64,000 nucleotides of DNA, from NCBI GenBank assembly GCA_016839805.1, contig JAEOTO010000031.1, forward strand, positions 64,001 to 128,000, written 5' to 3'. Position numbers and translations under genes: made by a program. How positions within the stretch are numbered: the first letter of the stretch is position 1; every line of letters begins with the position of its first letter. Under the pieces are notes generated by a model. That model saw only the letters and a list, made by a program, of their open reading frames with translations, had not been told where the DNA came from and made no database searches. This DNA is from Candidatus Hermodarchaeota archaeon. GTDB lineage: Archaea; Asgardarchaeota; Hermodarchaeia; Hermodarchaeales; Hermodarchaeaceae. Shown here piece after piece: positions 59,064 to 64,000 of this stretch.

Positions 59064-60680
59064 TTAGTTTTTCTTTTGGAGAGTGATCTCTATTTCGCTT
59101 ATTCCTCCCCATTTAGATTTTTTTCCTGTGGGGTAGTAAGTATCAATTTGTATAGCTTCTTCGTCCATTGTAAGATCGGGTTCATATTTAGTTCTCAGGA
59201 GTTCAGCAACATCCACAGCGCGGTAAATCAGTCGACCTCGGGCCTTAATTGTTACTGATTGATTTTTCTTTATTTGACTAATGCACGCCCAAACGTAGTC
59301 CATCAATCGTTTTTTCCCAACGAATATGACGTCTTTCAACCAAAATCGTTCGAGGAGTTGCTGATCACGAAGAGCTTCTTCTGTAGGAGTGGGTACTTTT
59401 TCTGAGACAGCCTTTGTGACAAGAGTTGGTTTTTCCTCTGGAAAAGGTTCTTGTGTTGGTATAGGGACTTTTCGTTCGATCTTTTCGATTCTAGGTAATG
59501 TTGAAAATCCAAGAATTTGTGGACTTACCATTTCCCCAATATCCATTGGAACAGCTTCATCTTCTTCTTGTTCGGGAATTGAAGGCGGCTTTTCAGGTTC
59601 TTTACTTTGGTATACATCGAGTTTCTTAATTTCTTGCTCAAGAGCTTCTAAAGTGAAGCGTTTCCTGGGCTGCCAACTGTCGATACGCTCAAGAATGGCT
59701 TGAATTAAATCTGGATTCTTTGTGAAAATTCCTGCCTCATCCCTAGAATTCCAACTCTCGGTTGTAAGATTTTGCGAGGAGATAATTGCTGCCTCTTTAT
59801 CGACAATTAGACAATTTGCATGTAAATTAGGACAAGATTCGATAAGTATCCGATTGGACAATAACATTTCAAGCGCTTCAGGATCTGATTGTTCATTCAC
59901 CCAGTGTTGCCAATCAACCCAAGTAATAAAACGAGCTTGAACTTCATCAGAGATTGTTTGTAAAATGACTTCCGCAACATCATTTGTAATATAGGGAGAT
60001 ACTAATAACACGAATTGCCGAGCGGAAGATAACAGGTCTATGACTAAATCATTTAGACCATTCGAGGTATTGATGAAGACACTTTTGCTATTTCGGGGTA
60101 AAACGGAGGAAAGAGAATACCTTTGTTTATCTTGAGGATAATCTGAATATTCATCAGTAAATGCCAGAAAATACGCCCTTGCCTCCTTCACGAGCTTTCT
60201 TTGCTTTGATACGATTACAAGATCACGGAGAGTTTTTAGATCCCTTGTTATGAAATTTGCTGAACCCACCGCAACTGCTTTCTCTGTTAACATCAATTTG
60301 AAATGAATCCTGGGTCGATTGGCAATCTCAACCTCTAAATTCTGAACTCCGGAAATACCTTTAACCTGCTCAGCATCTATTTTGCTTCCGAGAATTATCC
60401 GAAATCGAAGGTAGTCAGCAGCGTCATTAAGAAGGGCTGATACTAGCTTTTTCTCGATACGGGGAAAGGCGAGCCACAAATCTTTTTCTGCTAAGTCAAC
60501 CATTGAAGAATACTCAGGTCCAATAGCGTGCTCTGCTAAATATACCAGGGATTTTCGTTCCAACTCCTCAGGAACAGAAAGTATCATTTGTATAAATGGA
60601 ATGATTTCCTCCTTGAACTCCATAAATATCATGAGAATTACAGAACCAATGATTAGCGTCATGAAGATCGCGGGAAACAT
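59064..60680 (-). CDS. TM - PLD - PLD - linker - Alba fusion protein
   Basis: IHFKLMLTEK..VGSANF; VSPYIT; LHANCLIVD...ISSQNLT; Alba VIFVGKK..MDYV, IKARGR.I.RAVDVAE, SEIEI.L. Confidence 0.8.
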   Translation of the reverse strand: MFPAIFMTLIIGSVILMIFMEFKEEIIPFIQMILSVPEELERKSLVYLAEHAIGPEYSSMVDLAEKDLWLAFPRIEKKLVSALLNDAADYLRFRIILGSKIDAEQVKGISGVQNLEVEIANRPRIHFKLMLTEKAVAVGSANFITRDLKTLRDLVIVSKQRKLVKEARAYFLAFTDEYSDYPQDKQRYSLSSVLPRNSKSVFINTSNGLNDLVIDLLSSARQFVLLVSPYITNDVAEVILQTISDEVQARFITWVDWQHWVNEQSDPEALEMLLSNRILIESCPNLHANCLIVDKEAAIISSQNLTTESWNSRDEAGIFTKNPDLIQAILERIDSWQPRKRFTLEALEQEIKKLDVYQSKEPEKPPSIPEQEEDEAVPMDIGEMVSPQILGFSTLPRIEKIERKVPIPTQEPFPEEKPTLVTKAVSEKVPTPTEEALRDQQLLERFWLKDVIFVGKKRLMDYVWACISQIKKNQSVTIKARGRLIYRAVDVAELLRTKYEPDLTMDEEAIQIDTYYPTGKKSKWGGISEIEITLQKKN

Positions 60681-60830
60681 ATTTCGTAAGGTCTCCCAGT
60701 GGCTGGAAATTCAGACCCCATAAGGAAACATGTCATTTATTTATTTTTGGCAAAAATGTGACATTTGACCCACTTTTTCACTTCTTTCCATTTTTTGCTG
60801 TTTTTCGGAAAAAACGCCCAATGTCTTGCA

Positions 60831-62543
60831 TCATTCTTGGCGGAGGTAAGAATGGGCTGACCATCGAATGAGTATGAGGAGTAGCCCGAGAGTGTAAGGT
60901 ACAACAAGGAGAGAGCTAAGAAGCATAAACCCTACTCCTGCGGGAAGAAAGCCCGATTGAAAAATTAGGACAGGCATAATGGCAATCCATGACAGGATTG
61001 GGTAAGTGATCATGAGTGCGACAGGAATTTCATTTTTGGCTCGGCTACTGTGTGGATACCGACTACCAAGTGAAATCCCTATGGCTGTTGATATGAGAAT
61101 GGCGTGGGGGAGAATCGCAATGGCAACCGGGAATAGTTCCAGACTCCCTAAAACGACAGCAACGTAGATGGCAAACGGGATTGCAAGAAAAATGGGCGTA
61201 ACGAGAAGTTGAAGATATTTAGAAAAAGTAAACCAAAAAGGTGACAGTTCTGATAACCGGAGAAGATACAAAGTCCCACGTTCACCTTGGAACGGATCCG
61301 AGGCGTTGATCGCAAGAAGTGGAATAATTATAACGAGTAACAAAGCATACAACGTTTCCATTACAGGTAGAAACGAGGGAGGTAACGGAACCACGATATT
61401 CAAAGTGGGAAGCAAACTCGTCAAAGTCAATGCAGCGATGATATTTACAACAATTCCAAAAAGGTAGAACAGTTTCCCGGGTTTTCGCAACCCTGTGATG
61501 AGATCCTTTTTGAACACAGAACGCAAGGGGCTCTTGGCCTGTTCAAACGTGATGGGCAGTCCACTTAATGCTCCACGAGCAGTTCCACGGTGGCGCGTAA
61601 TGGCAGCAATTTCCTCATACATGTCAACAGTAATTCTATTAGTTAACCATCGTGTGATTAGCAGTATCAACAAATAAGCAATAAATAACCCTAAAAATAG
61701 CCAGGGAAGTGCAGGGACATGAAGGTAAGTGAAAGGTTCTATTGGGCCCCACCATGCAGGCAACAATCCCCTTAAAGGGAGACCACTAAATGCCAGAGCA
61801 ACGAATAAGTAAGCAAGATTGTACATCGGTGAAGGAATGACTATTCCACTCACCACCCAAAAAGGAGATATTATTAGGATAATACCAATTACCAAGACTA
61901 CATAAAACACAATCCGGTATATTCGTCGATAAGGTCGGGATTGTGATACAAATTTCCGTAATGCATACAAACCTTGGGCAGCGACAGCGCCAATCTCTGC
62001 AAGTAAAAAGCCAAGCAGAATCATGAGGGCGATAAAGGCAATGGATAACCCATAATCACGCATAAAGAACCAGACGATAGGTTGAATGGCTACAAATATG
62101 TAGATAAAGAAAATCAACCTACGAGAGATAGATCGCAAGTATTTAGCTGTATAAAATACCTGACCAGGCATGGGTGCGGGAAAAAGAAAATCAGCATCAG
62201 CTGATTCTGATTCTGAACCTAAAGGAACCCCAAGAATTGCTTTAACTATTTGTTGGGCAACTAGAAGGGTGAGAATTGCATAGATGAACCATATAGCTGA
62301 AGGTCCGATGATTCCAGTTTCTCTAGTGAGTAGATATAATGCGTTGCGAAGTTCATATGACAGTCCATAAGGGTCGAGCATCAAAAACCATAGGAGCCAC
62401 ATAATGAGTAGGACAATGACTACTGAGATGATTTGTACTGTAATATAAATGGGACGTGAAATCAAGGTACGAAAATGATTCCAGACACGTCGATACTCCC
62501 ACCGAGTGACTATATAAGTGCTAACGGATTCCATGACCCTCAT
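60831..62543 (-). CDS. ABC exporter permease (duplicated ABC-2-like membrane domains)
   Basis: About 12 TM; DADFLFPAP; E.GTLYLLR; translationally coupled to the ATPase. Confidence 0.8.
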   Translation of the reverse strand: MRVMESVSTYIVTRWEYRRVWNHFRTLISRPIYITVQIISVVIVLLIMWLLWFLMLDPYGLSYELRNALYLLTRETGIIGPSAIWFIYAILTLLVAQQIVKAILGVPLGSESESADADFLFPAPMPGQVFYTAKYLRSISRRLIFFIYIFVAIQPIVWFFMRDYGLSIAFIALMILLGFLLAEIGAVAAQGLYALRKFVSQSRPYRRIYRIVFYVVLVIGIILIISPFWVVSGIVIPSPMYNLAYLFVALAFSGLPLRGLLPAWWGPIEPFTYLHVPALPWLFLGLFIAYLLILLITRWLTNRITVDMYEEIAAITRHRGTARGALSGLPITFEQAKSPLRSVFKKDLITGLRKPGKLFYLFGIVVNIIAALTLTSLLPTLNIVVPLPPSFLPVMETLYALLLVIIIPLLAINASDPFQGERGTLYLLRLSELSPFWFTFSKYLQLLVTPIFLAIPFAIYVAVVLGSLELFPVAIAILPHAILISTAIGISLGSRYPHSSRAKNEIPVALMITYPILSWIAIMPVLIFQSGFLPAGVGFMLLSSLLVVPYTLGLLLILIRWSAHSYLRQE

Positions 62544-63304
62544 TTCCCCCGAAGTGTCTTGATATAGTATTTTTCTAAGTTAGCGCGACCTCCGATTTCA
62601 GTGCGGAGCTCTTCAACGGAACCGGCTGCCACCTTCACGCCTTCTGAAATAATGGTAAATTCATCACTAACCTCTTCTGCCACACTTAGATTATGAGTCG
62701 ATAATAGAATGGTGCTCCCATTTTGTGCAAGTTCACGGAAAACCTGTTTGAGCACAAATCCACCTTCTGGGTCGAGTCCATAGATTGGTTCATCCATCAA
62801 CAGGACTTTGGGGTTGCGTATCAGGAGAGCACATAGAAGGGTTCGTTGGAGCATTCCCCGAGAAAGATCGCCAAGGTACTTATTCAAGTATCCTAAGATG
62901 TCGAATCGTGTGACATAATGTTGTTTTCGTTTTTTAAACAAATCTCGAGGTACTTGGTAAAGGCTTCCAATGAAATGAAGAAACTCGTCGACTCGGAGAG
63001 CATCATAAGCAGTGGGCGTGTCAGGAAGAAATCCAAGTTGGGCTTTTGCTTGGCTGGATTCACGGAGCATATCATGCCCCATTATGAAGATAGATCCTCG
63101 GTTAGGTCGACTCAAACCAGCAAGTAAGCGAAGTGTTGTAGTTTTCCCAGCTCCATTGGGCCCAACGAGGGCGTGCACTTTTCCTTGCTCGATTTTAAGA
63201 TTAAGCCGATTTACAGCCAGAACTCCAGGGGGGAAAATTTTGCTCAACTTGAAAGTTTCAATCGCAGGTGTGTCTAGCTCGGAATCGTTTTTAGTTCTTG
63301 GCAT
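62540..63304 (-). CDS. ABC transporter ATP-binding protein
   Basis: GPNGAGKTT, LSRGM, LLMDEP..GLD, STH. Confidence 0.95.
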   Translation of the reverse strand: MPRTKNDSELDTPAIETFKLSKIFPPGVLAVNRLNLKIEQGKVHALVGPNGAGKTTTLRLLAGLSRPNRGSIFIMGHDMLRESSQAKAQLGFLPDTPTAYDALRVDEFLHFIGSLYQVPRDLFKKRKQHYVTRFDILGYLNKYLGDLSRGMLQRTLLCALLIRNPKVLLMDEPIYGLDPEGGFVLKQVFRELAQNGSTILLSTHNLSVAEEVSDEFTIISEGVKVAAGSVEELRTEIGGRANLEKYYIKTLRGK

Positions 63305-63350
63305 CTAGCTTACCTCGGAATACTTGGTTGGTGTCCTCCTTATCTGGGCA

Positions 63351-63833
63351 TTAGATTTGTGTCCATTGTAGTGGGAGTGGCATAAAGACGATAACGACGA
63401 TAATGATGAGAACAGCTCCGATGATTAGAGCGGCTCGAACAACGGGAGTAATGCTCCGATATCCTGTTTTCAAAGCAAGGGAGAACAACGCTGCTGCAAT
63501 CAAAAATCCTCCGAGCCCCCGAAATACAACATAAATTGGAGCTAATAGCCACGTGAATTGATTCGTGAAAGTTGGTTGAAATTGAAAGAGGGTTTCAAGT
63601 GCTAAAATAAAAGTTGCTATTAAAACGAATAGTAGCCCCACGAGAATGAATCGTTGTTCGGAGAATGAGTGGATTTCTCCAAAGTCTTGGAGGGCATATT
63701 GCTTTTCAATTTGGGTGATGAGTTCGGCCCGACTCATCGATTTGGTTACTTTGATTCCAAGTTTGTCTGCTTCTTGTTCTAGCCCCTCCCGATCTAAAGT
63801 CAAGAGCTTATCTCGTAAATCAGTCATTTCCAT
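63351..63833 (-). CDS. Membrane protein with an N-terminal Rho_N/SAP-like helical motif
   Basis: L...A.KLGI....M.RAELI..I followed by 3 TM. Confidence 0.6.
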   Translation of the reverse strand: MEMTDLRDKLLTLDREGLEQEADKLGIKVTKSMSRAELITQIEKQYALQDFGEIHSFSEQRFILVGLLFVLIATFILALETLFQFQPTFTNQFTWLLAPIYVVFRGLGGFLIAAALFSLALKTGYRSITPVVRAALIIGAVLIIIVVIVFMPLPLQWTQI

Positions 63834-64000
63834 CGACCTCCTAGAAGCCAGATTATGGTTGTTTCTATTTGTTTTAAGAATAAGGTTTCTTGCAGGTCAC
63901 TATACTATTATACGTTTTTATCTTGGCAAAATCCACTCCAAATAGAAAATATGTAGAAGCCAAGTCACTCGGTTTACGTTTTATGATAGGGTTCTGTTGG

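Noticed and set aside
60681-60731. In-frame TGA upstream of the PLD-Alba gene (MFPYGV-stop) as selenocysteine readthrough
   Set aside because: No redox motif context or recognisable SECIS; likely chance

Overview
Gene-dense archaeal chromosomal window, most likely from an Asgard archaeon (inference). Archaeal markers are GatDE, two TFBs, archaeal TpiA and GlyRS. Eukaryote-signature-like genes are a ribosomal eL22, a roadblock protein, a small GTPase and a TRAP-beta/BatD-like domain. Metabolic content: a putative sugar-to-aldehyde-to-acid operon (SCP2, 2-hydroxyacid dehydrogenase, FGGY kinase, class II aldolase, AOR) lying between nfnA and nfnB; a glutamate dehydrogenase / regulator / Pat acetyltransferase locus; histidine utilisation genes (hutU, FTCD, hutI, hutH) split by a 1697-aa surface glycoprotein; and an ABC exporter. 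Most notable observations: (1) a membrane-anchored double-PLD (nuclease-like) protein fused to an Alba domain; (2) a 217-bp protein-less IS200/IS605 element resembling a stand-alone TnpB omegaRNA with its own TATA box, inserted into a gene 3' end; (3) an RHH plus multi-V4R-like regulator with phased TGWACA boxes, next to a GDH with a duplicated novel N-terminal domain and a P-loop-dead KaiC-like protein; (4) a 71-bp identical patch between tandem TFB paralogs; (5) a tRNA-Arg(UCU) with C33; (6) an unannotated CxxC uORF ahead of a RIO kinase. All family calls come from motif recognition by eye; no database searches were run.
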